Virus record (IMG/VR): IMGVR_UViG_2671180673_000006
Source of the DNA: a virus
Taxonomy: Duplodnaviria; Heunggongvirae; Uroviricota; Caudoviricetes
DNA: 48,006 nt
Direction: 5' to 3' (one strand)
Part shown: positions 1-8,714 of the stretch, piece after piece
Layout: every line of letters begins with the position of its first letter
How positions within the stretch are numbered: position 1 is the first letter of the stretch
Position numbers and translations under genes: made by a program
Notes under the pieces: model-generated
The model's database searches: none
What the model was told of the DNA's origin: nothing
What the model saw: only the letters and a program-made list of their open reading frames with translations

Positions 1-74
1 TCCGTAACGCCTCTGCCACGCGCGTAACGTGACAGGGATTAAGGGTAAACTAACTGATTTTGCAAGTTTTTATT

Positions 75-1361
75 TTACCCAACTTTCTTATGGGGCATAC
101 ATGGGACACTTTCAGATAGTCTTTTGTTAAGGAGTTCTATCTGTTCGTGATTGTTGTCTTTCATCCATGCTCCGTAAACATTGAATACCATTTGTGCGTT
201 TGTGTGGCCCATCTGGCTTGCGATAAAACTAGGATTAGCTCCTGCGGCAAGTGACCAGCATGCATAAGTATGCCTGGATTGGTACGATTTTCTGTGTCTC
301 AGACCTGCGCGTTTTAAGATACTTGTCCATGACTCCCTGATGGAGTCAACCTTGTAGTGAGGTCCGGACAACTGCTGCTGTTTTGTTACCTGAGGACTAA
401 AAACAAAAGTGCATTTATGCACAGCAGTTCTCCCATATTCCCTCTGCTTCACCTCTACAGAATGTTGCTTTCCAAGCATGGTCATTTCCGCCTGGCTTTT
501 AAGAGCATCAATAGCTGGTTGAACCAGATGAATTGTCCTTCCGGTGCCTGCATCGGTTTTTGGTGGAGTGAATTCGCCAAGTTTTGTATAATTTCTACGG
601 ATGGTTATAGTCCTTGCTTTAAGGTCTATATCTTCCCATGCCAGCGATACCAACTCCCCGTGACGAATACCCGTGTATACAGCGAGAATCCACAGGTTTT
701 TTGTTTGTTGATGACGGCAAGCCTCAATAAAACGAATAAATTCGTCACGGGTGAGAGGATCTGGTTTTACCTTGGACTTTTTTAAGGGAGCCAGACCGTT
801 AAATGGGTTTCCTGAGGTATAACCATTATCTGTTGCAAATTGAAACATTCCAGCTATGGTTGTCATATAGTAGTTTACCGTGACCACTGAGCGCCCTTTT
901 ATGGAAGAAGTCTTTCCATTAGAAAGCTTTTGGTAACCGGTCAACAAATCTCTCCTTACGAAAAGTAAATCCTCTTTTGTTATGGATGAAACCAGTTTTT
1001 TTTCACCTAACATTGGTAACATGTTTTTAATTACTGACTGGTAACGGTTAAGTGCATTCGCACAAATCTCAATTTTCTTAAGGTCCAACCATTTTTCCGA
1101 AAGTGCCTTAACGGTTATCTCTCTTTTTCCCAGACCAAAGTGTTTCAGGTTAGGGGAATTAGGGAACTGCGCGGCGTAGTCGAAACTCCCCATTCTGATT
1201 GCAAAACAAACGGAAGTGCGAAGTTCACCAGCGATCTTCCGGTTTTTGGCTGTGTCAGGAACACCGAGGTTTTCTCTGACACGTTTGCCATTATAGTGAA
1301 ACCATATACGGAGTGATCCTCCATGGTTTTCAACGCCTGTCGGGTATGATGCGTTACTCAT
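75..1361 (-). CDS. int: phage tyrosine integrase (site-specific recombinase)
   Basis: 428-aa ORF; ATG at 1361 preceded by GGAGG; C-terminal motifs TGIRHGEL, HxxRHTYA and VYGAW typical of tyrosine recombinases; sits at the prophage end next to an excisionase-like gene. Confidence 0.9.
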   Translation of the reverse strand: MSNASYPTGVENHGGSLRIWFHYNGKRVRENLGVPDTAKNRKIAGELRTSVCFAIRMGSFDYAAQFPNSPNLKHFGLGKREITVKALSEKWLDLKKIEICANALNRYQSVIKNMLPMLGEKKLVSSITKEDLLFVRRDLLTGYQKLSNGKTSSIKGRSVVTVNYYMTTIAGMFQFATDNGYTSGNPFNGLAPLKKSKVKPDPLTRDEFIRFIEACRHQQTKNLWILAVYTGIRHGELVSLAWEDIDLKARTITIRRNYTKLGEFTPPKTDAGTGRTIHLVQPAIDALKSQAEMTMLGKQHSVEVKQREYGRTAVHKCTFVFSPQVTKQQQLSGPHYKVDSIRESWTSILKRAGLRHRKSYQSRHTYACWSLAAGANPSFIASQMGHTNAQMVFNVYGAWMKDNNHEQIELLNKRLSESVPCMPHKKVG

Positions 1362-1394
1362 TAAACCTCCCAGACGTCCAGGAGCATTAACAGG

Positions 1395-1649
1395 TTAACC
1401 GGAACTTGCATTTTTGGCACCTGGTTGTTTCTGGTTTTCGATCCATCGCATAATTTCTTCGATGTTGTACAGGCATTCACTGTAGTGCCCCGGATCACCT
1501 TCTACAGCGTAATGGCGGTATTCTTTTCCCTGCATCCATGACTTTCTTCTTGCCCGCTCAATGGTGCCAGGCTTTAGCCCTGTTGATGCAATAAGGACTC
1601 TCTCCGTACACCATTTGCTGGGGGTTATCTGATAGATGATTGTCTGCAT
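1395..1649 (-). CDS. xis: excisionase-like protein
   Basis: 84-aa basic protein directly upstream of int on the same strand; ATG at 1649 with GAGG spacing; size and position fit a phage excisionase. Confidence 0.55.
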   Translation of the reverse strand: MQTIIYQITPSKWCTERVLIASTGLKPGTIERARRKSWMQGKEYRHYAVEGDPGHYSECLYNIEEIMRWIENQKQPGAKNASSG

Positions 1650-1667
1650 GCCAACCTCATAAAACTT

Positions 1668-1802
1668 TCATCCACGGCAGTGGCACCACACTTCAAACAT
1701 TCGCTTCACAACTTCACGACAGTAGAAACCGTCAACATCTCGCGTCAGATCATAGCGATTGCCGTAACGCTGGTGGACCCATCGTTCAAATGCTTTATTC
1801 AT
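1668..1802 (-). CDS. small hypothetical protein (44 aa, Cys/His-containing)
   Basis: Hand-translated ORF below the 60-aa track cutoff: MNKAFERWVHQRYGNRYDLTRDVDGFYCREVVKRMFEVWCHCRG; ATG at 1802 with AGGAAG 8 nt upstream; packed between flanking genes. Confidence 0.3.
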   Translation of the reverse strand: MNKAFERWVHQRYGNRYDLTRDVDGFYCREVVKRMFEVWCHCRG

Positions 1803-1805
1803 TGT

Positions 1806-2048
1806 TTACTTCCTTTTCATGGCTCGTAATTTTTTCAGGTGCTTTTCCTGCTCAGTGTCCGCGAGAATTTTGCGGTACTCCTGGTGGTCAATATGTTCGA
1901 ACAGGCAGTTTAACTCACCAATGCGTACCCGCCCGGATCGTCCGTCCATCCGTCGAAAGAACACTGAGTGCTCAGTGATGCGAGTAATCACCACGGGGTA
2001 TCCAGCTCTGTCCGTGTATATCTGACCGCGTTGAATCAAAGCGAACAT
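1806..2048 (-). CDS. hypothetical early protein (DUF4222-like by recollection)
   Basis: Track ORF 1806..2084 begins at a TTG; the in-frame ATG at 2048 gives an 80-aa product; family assignment is from memory only. Confidence 0.4.
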   Translation of the reverse strand: MFALIQRGQIYTDRAGYPVVITRITEHSVFFRRMDGRSGRVRIGELNCLFEHIDHQEYRKILADTEQEKHLKKLRAMKRK

Positions 2049-2132
2049 GTGGTTATCCCCATCGACAAATCGAGAACACAACAAACGCTGCTGCGAAGAC
2101 CACCCCCAGAGTTACGATTGCATCAGGCCAGC

Positions 2133-2894
2133 TCATTGATTCACCTCCTGCCTGTCGTCCGGCATTCGCTCACTACAGCTTATCCAACCATCCGGAGTTA
2201 CCGGAACTTGTGGAATGGCTGTCTGCTCTCGAACGTCATTAGGCGCTATAGGTTCTGCTGCCAACTGACTGGCATATTTGTTAATGGTAACGATAAGCTC
2301 TTGCTCAGCCTCATCCAGACAATCACCGATACCTCGCCTGTCACCGTCAAAATCATCGAAATCGGCACGAATCCTGGCAACCTTCAGGATTGCGGACAAC
2401 ACCTCACTAGGAATTGCCGGATAGTTGGTTGACGTTTCCGCGATTTCCCGAAAATTATTGGTTGACGAATTCTTGTTTTCCCGAAAGTTTCCGGACTGAA
2501 GCATGGCGGCGCGGCAGGCGTTCCATATTTCGGCAGCAATATCGCGCTCGCTATCGGTTAATTTGTACGTTGAAACATAGCCAGAGAGCATTTCTACGTT
2601 TTCCGGAGTTGCTTCTTCAGGCACTACCGGTGCTGGAGGGGCGGCGTAAATGCCCTCTATCACTAAATGTTTGCGCTCAAAATCATCTGGCTCTCGATGA
2701 TATACGTAACTCCAATCACCAAGGTTATCATTGCGCCTGCAACGGAAACCTATCGGCTCTGCTTCCAGCGATGCCAGAGCAATTCGTGCCAGTTCTTCCG
2801 CTTCTTCTGCTGGCAGTACAACGTTGCTACCAGGTCCGTATGTTTCGCGCCACTGCCTGATTGTCAGCAGTCGCTCTTTGGTAATAGTGGTCAT
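2133..2894 (-). CDS. hypothetical early-region protein (253 aa)
   Basis: ATG at 2894 preceded by AAGGA; acidic protein; contains a tandem 33-bp (11-codon) internal repeat at 2425-2490. Confidence 0.6.
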   Translation of the reverse strand: MTTITKERLLTIRQWRETYGPGSNVVLPAEEAEELARIALASLEAEPIGFRCRRNDNLGDWSYVYHREPDDFERKHLVIEGIYAAPPAPVVPEEATPENVEMLSGYVSTYKLTDSERDIAAEIWNACRAAMLQSGNFRENKNSSTNNFREIAETSTNYPAIPSEVLSAILKVARIRADFDDFDGDRRGIGDCLDEAEQELIVTINKYASQLAAEPIAPNDVREQTAIPQVPVTPDGWISCSERMPDDRQEVNQ

Positions 2895-2904
2895 GTGTTA
2901 GTCC

Positions 2905-3168
2905 TTATCCTGCTGTACTTTCAACTGATGAGGGGAATAAAATCTTTTCATCAAATCCGGCATTCATATCATGAACAGCAACACACCAATCCATTGACGA
3001 ACGATTATCAAGAGCCTCCATGATTTCATCCATGCGGCGCAGGTCATACAGGTAAATGCTTTTATCGCCAATGGTGTAAAAACCAATTTTTTTCGGTGAT
3101 GGGCAGCGATCAAGAACGTCCTGTAATTCGCTCAACCATGCTTGTTCTTTTTTTGTCAAAGTTGCCAT
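2905..3168 (-). CDS. hypothetical protein (87 aa)
   Basis: ATG at 3168 preceded by AAGGAGAG; tightly packed with neighbours. Confidence 0.55.
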   Translation of the reverse strand: MATLTKKEQAWLSELQDVLDRCPSPKKIGFYTIGDKSIYLYDLRRMDEIMEALDNRSSMDWCVAVHDMNAGFDEKILFPSSVESTAG

Positions 3169-3169
3169 A

Positions 3170-3706
3170 TCACTCTCCTTTGATGCGAATGTCAGCGACG
3201 CGTAATGCGTGTTCTAGGTCAATCAGGTAAAGCCAACTGCCATTTTCTTTAGGTATCATGACTTGTCGCTCATCTGCATTTATCGGGTGTCCATATCGAA
3301 GGTCGTAGCGAGTCGGTAATTGAACTTCCCGCGCTTCCAGTTCAGCAATACGCTTGCACCCATCAGAGATAACTCCCTCGTAATACTCGCGCTGCTCGTT
3401 GAGTTTTGATTTTGCTGCTTCAAGCTCAACGCGCAGCTTCCCAACCGTAAGCGCAATATCCTCGTTCTCCTGGTCGCGGCGTTTGATGTATTGCTGGTTT
3501 CTTTCCCGTTCATCCAGTAGTGCCAGCACGGTTTCTGGTCCGGTCAGAAATTTGAAGGCATTGAGCGCATCAATATCCACACCGTAATCTTTAAGTTCCT
3601 GTTCACTTAACAAATCATCATCAGCTGGCAACATTAACAGGCGTTCCATTGCTGGAATTGCACGTTCTGCCGCCTCACGCAGTACCTGATAGTTAATGTT
3701 GCTCAC
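3170..3706 (-). CDS. Ea22-like coiled-coil early protein
   Basis: 178 aa; GTG start at 3706 preceded by AAGGAGG; N-terminus MSNINYQVLREAAERA and coiled-coil centre resemble ead/Ea22-like proteins of lambdoid phages (recollection). Confidence 0.5.
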   Translation of the reverse strand: MSNINYQVLREAAERAIPAMERLLMLPADDDLLSEQELKDYGVDIDALNAFKFLTGPETVLALLDERERNQQYIKRRDQENEDIALTVGKLRVELEAAKSKLNEQREYYEGVISDGCKRIAELEAREVQLPTRYDLRYGHPINADERQVMIPKENGSWLYLIDLEHALRVADIRIKGE

Positions 3707-3942
3707 TGGTTGCCTCCTTTACGGATCTGCGCTGCGATGCACGAAAAAAAAGACTTTCGCGTATGACTGTTAAGAGCTGGCGCGAACGCCGCGTTAAGAA
3801 CGGCAGTATCACAGCCGTCATCGATATAGAGCGCAATTTTTTTCTCCAGGCGTGCTTTGGCTTCCTGCAACTGCATACCCCGGCACGCACGCGGGATATA
3901 CTCAGCAATTTGAGCGATAGATTTTTCGTTCTGTTTAAACAT
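3703..3942 (-). CDS. hypothetical protein (79 aa)
   Basis: ATG at 3942 preceded by GAGGTG; overlaps the downstream start by 4 nt (coupling). Confidence 0.45.
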   Translation of the reverse strand: MFKQNEKSIAQIAEYIPRACRGMQLQEAKARLEKKIALYIDDGCDTAVLNAAFAPALNSHTRKSFFSCIAAQIRKGGNQ

Positions 3943-4138
3943 GCTTCACCTCGATAGGCTTGATGGTATCGATCAGCAGTCGGCGGCGAGTATTTTCTGC
4001 AAAGTGGCGGCGTCCGGTTTCTTTGTGGTAAAACTCGTTTTTTCCGACGACCCACATCCGCTTTGTCTGGTGCAGTTTTTTTACCTGCGGACCGTCTCGG
4101 GTGATAACAATTCCTGTATGAGTTTTTATCACGCTCAT
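3935..4138 (-). CDS. hypothetical protein (67 aa)
   Basis: ATG at 4138; weak RBS; overlaps both neighbours in operon fashion. Confidence 0.4.
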   Translation of the reverse strand: MSVIKTHTGIVITRDGPQVKKLHQTKRMWVVGKNEFYHKETGRRHFAENTRRRLLIDTIKPIEVKHV

Positions 4139-4497
4139 TTTTTATTCTTCGGTGCTTTCGGCATTACTGCCCAGTGAGTGATATTGACGTTTTCAAGGTC
4201 CCCGACCTGAAATGTCCACAGCCATTCTCCGGTTTCTTTTTGTCCCCAGGTGTACCAGAGAGAACGCCAGCCAATTAGCCAGCCTTCTCCGTTAGCATCA
4301 AATAACAGAACACTTTCATTTGCTGGCGGCAGTTCAGCTGACACTGGTATTATTTTGTTTTCCAGTGCCGCACATTTAGCTTCAAGCGCATCGAATTTAC
4401 GTACCAGGTACTCAGCATTTGTTTCATTCACTTTCAGATCTCGTGGTACACATTTCCCGCGAAGAAACCCTTCCATTTCGAAAACATTCATGCGCAT
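4135..4497 (-). CDS. DUF551-type protein (YfdS-like)
   Basis: 120 aa; C-terminal ...NVNITHWAVMPKAPK resembles the DUF551 signature; length and neighbourhood match yfdS of the CPS-53 prophage (recollection). Confidence 0.5.
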   Translation of the reverse strand: MRMNVFEMEGFLRGKCVPRDLKVNETNAEYLVRKFDALEAKCAALENKIIPVSAELPPANESVLLFDANGEGWLIGWRSLWYTWGQKETGEWLWTFQVGDLENVNITHWAVMPKAPKNKK

Positions 4498-5024
4498 TTG
4501 CGTAACTCCGATAACTCGTTAAAACGTTCCATAAACATCCCGTAGGCATGGCTCGGAGCCAGTGGAATAACTTTGAACATTTCTGTTGCCGGGATACCTT
4601 CCAGTACTGGCCAGAAAGAGCCATCATCAAGCCCGAGATCGCGGCGTTCGGTTGCCAGCATGATGAGATCGGCATATTTCACAGGCGTGCTCATAACCGG
4701 GGGTAACCCGTATTTCTCACGGATTACGGCGTCTATTTTTTCTTCCATCCGTTTATAGTCAGGAAGAAGGCGTTTCAGTGGAGCGGGAATATCCTGGCAA
4801 TACGCTTCTGTTGCATCATGCATTAACGCTTCAAAAGCAAATTCCTGCGGCACCAGCTGGCTGCAAAGCACCGCATGCTGGGCGACACTGTAGAAGTGTG
4901 AAAGATGTCCTGCAAAGCGACAGATATTTGAAAGGGAAACCGCGATATCGTTAATCACGATGTCGTCTTTATTTATCTTGTCATAATAAAAATGCTTCCC
5001 GGAAAAAGTTTTAATAAATGACAT
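4488..5024 (-). CDS. HD-domain phosphohydrolase (YfdR-like 5'-deoxynucleotidase)
   Basis: ATG at 5024 preceded by GGAGAA gives 178 aa; His/Asp-rich motifs (...AQHAVL..., ...LMHDATEAY...) consistent with an HD domain; the track ORF extends 21 codons further upstream without an RBS. Confidence 0.6.
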   Translation of the reverse strand: MSFIKTFSGKHFYYDKINKDDIVINDIAVSLSNICRFAGHLSHFYSVAQHAVLCSQLVPQEFAFEALMHDATEAYCQDIPAPLKRLLPDYKRMEEKIDAVIREKYGLPPVMSTPVKYADLIMLATERRDLGLDDGSFWPVLEGIPATEMFKVIPLAPSHAYGMFMERFNELSELRKCA

Positions 5025-5152
5025 TTCGTTCTCCACTTTATATGCGCTGCACCGCGCTGAATTCGGGTAAAAGGAATCCCGCACCATCCGGCGATTATTG
5101 AGTTAATTACGTTTCCATAAATGCCCCCGCAGGGGCATTTGCAGTAATGAAA

Positions 5153-5977
5153 TCAGGCGGTGAAAGTACCAATAAAGGTTTCTACTTTGCTGTCTTTGAA
5201 TTTTTCAACAAGCAGATCACGAAATTCGTTAGCCATTTCTTCCTGCACTGCTTCCAGCTGAATAATGCGCAGAACCAGTACAGGGCGATCACCAGTGATA
5301 ATGCTGAGGCGTAATTTAAACGGACGTTCTTTCAGGCCTTCAAACGGAACGCATTTAAACTCAAATGCTACTGGCATAATGTCTTTGGTTTTCGCTTCGA
5401 CAGACTCCATCAAAGAGCGTTTGCCGCTGAAGTCATTATCTTCAAAATCAGCGGTCTGGTTTGCTTCAATCGTGATTTTACGGACTGCCGCAGCCGCTTT
5501 TGTTGCCTTAATAGCGTCACCATTAGCATCAAAGCCCACAAGATAGTCGGCCCAGTCTTCAATCCATTCTGCCAGTGACTTCTGGGAGTTACGCTCGCCA
5601 TTAACAGACAGCAGGGCAGAGAACGGTGCTGTCTTTTTCAGTTTGAGAGTGGCGGTGTTATCTGCGTGACCTGGTTCATCAATAGTACCCAGGTTAAGCA
5701 CACTGATGGCTCGCATATTATCGGCATCGATAAAGCAGCGGGTGCCTTCATCTGCAAGATCTTTAGAATAACGGGTAAAGTCATCGATGCTGGCAGTGGA
5801 AAGCGCACCACGGAAACGGAAGCGATTTAAATTAAATTTTTCCAGATCATGAATGCGGAAATTCTCAGGCAATGCCACAGCATCGGCACCAATCTTACTG
5901 ATAATTTCATTAACACCCTGAGCAGAAATAAGGGCATGGATTTGATTAATTGCGGTTGCGTCTAAGTTCTGAGACAT
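5153..5977 (-). CDS. DUF2303-type protein (YfdQ-like)
   Basis: 274 aa; ATG at 5977 preceded by GAGGA; size and position next to the YfdR/YfdS-like genes match the CPS-53 yfdQ neighbourhood (recollection). Confidence 0.5.
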   Translation of the reverse strand: MSQNLDATAINQIHALISAQGVNEIISKIGADAVALPENFRIHDLEKFNLNRFRFRGALSTASIDDFTRYSKDLADEGTRCFIDADNMRAISVLNLGTIDEPGHADNTATLKLKKTAPFSALLSVNGERNSQKSLAEWIEDWADYLVGFDANGDAIKATKAAAAVRKITIEANQTADFEDNDFSGKRSLMESVEAKTKDIMPVAFEFKCVPFEGLKERPFKLRLSIITGDRPVLVLRIIQLEAVQEEMANEFRDLLVEKFKDSKVETFIGTFTA

Positions 5978-6042
5978 AATAAGTCCTCACTATATTAAGA
6001 TATTCAGTGATGAGATAAATAATCAGTTAATTAAGAACGATA

Positions 6043-6405
6043 TTAATGACCTGCTGCGCGTAGTTTTCCGTCAGGTTCACCGGCAAGAGTCAGTAATTGT
6101 CCCTGGTCTTCCTGCAGAATAGTCAGGCGACCACCGCGATTGACATACATCGGTGTTTCGGTGGTGTCTTCTTCGGAAATTTTCCCGCGGTTAGTCGGGC
6201 GAACATATGAGAGTTTGTGTTTGATTTTCACACGGTTCTCATCAAACGGTTCGATGTCCAGATTGACCGAGACTTTACCTTTGTTTTTCGTGTTCATCAC
6301 ACCGGAAGCGACTTCACTGAGAACTGCGCCGAGTTTGGTTTCAAATACGCCGCCGTCCAGTTCTACGATAAATACCTGCACATCAGTACTGCGTACGCTA
6401 GCCAT
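6043..6405 (-). CDS. hypothetical protein (YfdP-like, 120 aa)
   Basis: Track ORF 6043..6591 has an implausible Cys/Arg-rich N-terminal extension; internal ATG at 6405 preceded by GAGGAG gives a 120-aa acidic protein. Confidence 0.5.
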   Translation of the reverse strand: MASVRSTDVQVFIVELDGGVFETKLGAVLSEVASGVMNTKNKGKVSVNLDIEPFDENRVKIKHKLSYVRPTNRGKISEEDTTETPMYVNRGGRLTILQEDQGQLLTLAGEPDGKLRAAGH

Positions 6406-6551
6406 TTTGCTGCTCCTCATCATACCGACCCTGCAAGGTCGGTTGGTTTCTCCACAAAACAGAGAAGAACACCTGCGGTGACAGCCGCCCGGATGGATTG
6501 GGTTATGAGCCCGTCGTCCGGTGATGCTCTTCTCTGTTTTGTAAAAAGAGC

Positions 6552-6590
6552 GGTACCAGCCGGAAGCAAGTGTACAAACTGGTACCGCCA
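6552..6590 (-). terminator. candidate intrinsic terminator in the leftward early leader
   Basis: Perfect 10-bp GC-rich inverted repeat GCGGTACCAG / CTGGTACCGC (6552-6561, 6581-6590) with a 19-nt loop; on the minus-strand transcript it is followed by UCUUUUUA. Confidence 0.4.
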
Positions 6591-7075
6591 AAGCAGTGGC
6601 TGTTGTGGTGCCGGTGCTGATCTCCGGCTTGCGGTTATTTCAGACTCTCACGGGCGTTTGATTGCCCCGCCGAACAGCTCTTTTCCGCAATAGCTGCAAT
6701 GTCTTTCGCGCATCAGCCTGCGCATTCACCACAACGCTGAGAGCATTGCCGGTGTCCGAATCGAACGGACCTTTTCCCTGCCCAACCCTCCCATCTGAAT
6801 GGGACTGTCTGGAATTGAACCAGCACTTATGCCTTGCTCGTCAATGCTCTCATCGTTGCGTCCTGGTCTCTTCCCAGGCGTCAAACCGAATCGCCACGCT
6901 GGTTAGGCGTCTTATCAGCATCATCATTGACTTGCACATTCCGGCTACCTGGTTTGTTTGCCCGAGCAAGGAGTGGATTGTCCCCTTTAACGTCCCCAGA
7001 CCGCTAACGACGCATGTGCCATACGCCGTGTTACAACCAAATTTTGTTTAATCTTGCCTGTGGCATGTTTCTTTT

Positions 7076-7092
7076 AGATACATTATGTATCT
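7076..7092. promoter_or_regulatory. 17-bp perfect palindrome, candidate left operator
   Basis: AGATACAT-T-ATGTATCT read directly from the sequence; lies between the cI 3' end and the leftward early region. Confidence 0.35.
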
Positions 7093-7113
7093 CAAGGGTA
7101 CATTGTCAAGTAT

Positions 7114-7135
7114 AAAAAAACCTGCCGAAGCAGGT
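7114..7135 (-). terminator. intrinsic terminator downstream of cI
   Basis: Minus strand reads ACCTGC-ttcg-GCAGGT followed by TTTTTTT, 13 nt after the cI stop codon. Confidence 0.5.
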
Positions 7136-7147
7136 TATAAATATTGA

Positions 7148-7822
7148 TTAGGCCTTTATTTTGTATCTTCTTGGTTTTCCTGAGAAAATTACTGTACCAA
7201 TTATAGAGCAATTACCGTTGATCTTAATGTAAGGTTCAGGCCAGTTTGGGTTTAATGCTTTGAGGTAACGCTGTGTTCCATCTTCTATCAACCGCTTAAA
7301 GGTGGTTTCGCCCGTATCGTGCATCAATGCAATAACGTCGTCACCGTGGCAGGCAGGGACTTCAGGATCTACAAAAATCATGTCTCCCGGGCGGTACTCA
7401 TCAATCATTGAATCACCAATCACCCGCAAGATATAAGTCATTTCGCCACAGGGTACAGGGCAGGGATAAGTTTCTGCTGTGCTCAAATCAACCTCAGAAT
7501 AGCCAACTTCTTTCCATGCTCCGGCCTGTACCCATGATATGACAGGGACTAACGTTATTTGTTTGTTAGTAATTGAAACATCAGGTTTTTTTGTGATGTT
7601 TGTTGTCTGGTGTTCTTGATCAAGCCATCCGACAGGCAGGTCGAAACATTTTTCGATGTGCCGTGCCATGCTGTCACCGATATTTTTAGTAGCACCATCT
7701 CCCATAAACCTGCTGGTCTGGGTTGGCTCGCGATCAATCATGGTGGCAAAGGAAGAATTCCCGCCAACACCATCTCTCAGTTTTCTGGCGTTAGACCGCC
7801 GGATGTCATGGACTGTTTTCAT
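7148..7822 (-). CDS. cI: CI-type prophage repressor (HTH N-terminus, LexA-like S24 peptidase C-terminus)
   Basis: 224 aa; C-terminal ...GDSMIDEYRPGDMIFVDP...DDVIALMHDTGETTFKRL... matches the S24 autocleavage domain of lambda CI/LexA; divergent to a Cro-like gene; no RBS before the ATG. Confidence 0.85.
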   Translation of the reverse strand: MKTVHDIRRSNARKLRDGVGGNSSFATMIDREPTQTSRFMGDGATKNIGDSMARHIEKCFDLPVGWLDQEHQTTNITKKPDVSITNKQITLVPVISWVQAGAWKEVGYSEVDLSTAETYPCPVPCGEMTYILRVIGDSMIDEYRPGDMIFVDPEVPACHGDDVIALMHDTGETTFKRLIEDGTQRYLKALNPNWPEPYIKINGNCSIIGTVIFSGKPRRYKIKA

Positions 7823-7838
7823 AACGAAATTAAAACCT

Positions 7839-7857
7839 TTGTACCGATAGGGTACAA
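7839..7857. promoter_or_regulatory. operator-like inverted repeat in the cI-cro intergenic region
   Basis: TTGTACC-GATAG-GGTACAA, perfect 7-bp arms; a second inverted repeat AATATGTA...TACATATT (7886-7910) brackets the cro RBS. Confidence 0.45.
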
Positions 7858-7912
7858 GTATCTTGAAGGTTCATCTCAATCATGTAATATGTATATCGGA
7901 GGTACATATTGT

Positions 7913-8113
7913 ATGAAAGCGTATTGGGACTCTTTAACCAAAGAACAGCAGGGCGAGTTGGCCGGAAAAGTTGGCTCAACACCAGGCTACTTACGGCTGG
8001 TTTTCAATGGTTATAAAAAAGCCAGTTTTGTGCTGGCTAAAAAACTTGAGCAATGCACGTCAGGTGCAATTACGAAATCTGACTTAAGACCGGATATCTA
8101 TCCGAAAGATTAA
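7913..8113 (+). CDS. cro: Cro-like HTH regulator
   Basis: 66 aa from ATG 7913 preceded by GGAGG; small basic protein divergent from cI; the track ORF 7610..8113 overlaps cI antisense and its upstream part is rejected. Confidence 0.6.
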   Translation: MKAYWDSLTKEQQGELAGKVGSTPGYLRLVFNGYKKASFVLAKKLEQCTSGAITKSDLRPDIYPKD

Positions 8114-8144
8114 CAGAACACCTTCAATTTTTAACCACAGAACG

Positions 8145-8714
8145 ATGAGGCTAACCGTGGGTAAGCATCACTGGAAAGTAGAAAAACAGCCTGAGTGGTA
8201 CGTGAAAGCTGTCAGAAAAACTATCGCGGCGTTGCCGGGGGGTTACGCTGAAGCTGCTGAGTGGCTGGATGTAACAGAGAACGCTTTATTCAACCGCCTT
8301 CGTGCAGATGGCGATCAGATTTTCCCGCTGGGATGGGCAATGATTTTACAGCGCGCGGCTGGCACTCACTACATTGCGGATGCTGTCGCACAGTCTGCTG
8401 GTGGGGTGTTTGTATCGCTTCCTGAAATTGAGGAAGTAGAGAATGCCGATATAAACCAGCGCCTGCTGGAAGTCATCGAACAGATCGGGAGTTACTCAAA
8501 GCAGATTCGTTCGGCAATCGAAGATGGGGTAGTGGAGCCACACGAGCAGACAGCAATTAATGATGAGTTGTATCTGTCAATTTCGAAGCTCCAGGAGCAT
8601 GCAGCACTGGTCTACAAAATCTTTTGCGCTCCAGAAAAGAGTGACGCCCGCGAGTGTGCAGCTCCGGGCGTCGTGGCGTCGATTGCTTCTGGTTGTGGAG
8701 AAACTAACGCATGA
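8145..8714 (+). CDS. CII-like regulatory protein (larger CP76-type by recollection)
   Basis: 189 aa, first gene after cro; ATG at 8145; stop overlaps the next start (ATGA); family assignment tentative. Confidence 0.4.
   Translation: MRLTVGKHHWKVEKQPEWYVKAVRKTIAALPGGYAEAAEWLDVTENALFNRLRADGDQIFPLGWAMILQRAAGTHYIADAVAQSAGGVFVSLPEIEEVENADINQRLLEVIEQIGSYSKQIRSAIEDGVVEPHEQTAINDELYLSISKLQEHAALVYKIFCAPEKSDARECAAPGVVASIASGCGETNA

Noticed and set aside
357-785. Plus-strand 142-aa ORF inside the integrase gene
   Set aside because: Fully antisense to the integrase, which has clear catalytic motifs; no independent support.
6852-6929. 25-codon Arg-rich minus-strand ORF (MMMLIRRLTSVAIRFDAWEETRTQR) as a possible N-like antiterminator
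   Set aside because: Far shorter than N-family proteins and without an evident RBS; kept only as a note inside the leader finding.
6217-7051. Plus-strand ORFs 6217..6693 (158 aa) and 6662..7051 (129 aa)
   Set aside because: The first overlaps the YfdP-like gene antisense and the second runs across the leader and operator region; neither has an RBS or a protein-like composition, and the region is transcribed leftward.
7610-7912. Upstream 101 codons of track ORF 7610..8113
   Set aside because: This part overlaps cI on the opposite strand; the cro-like gene is better explained by the internal ATG at 7913 with a GGAGG RBS.
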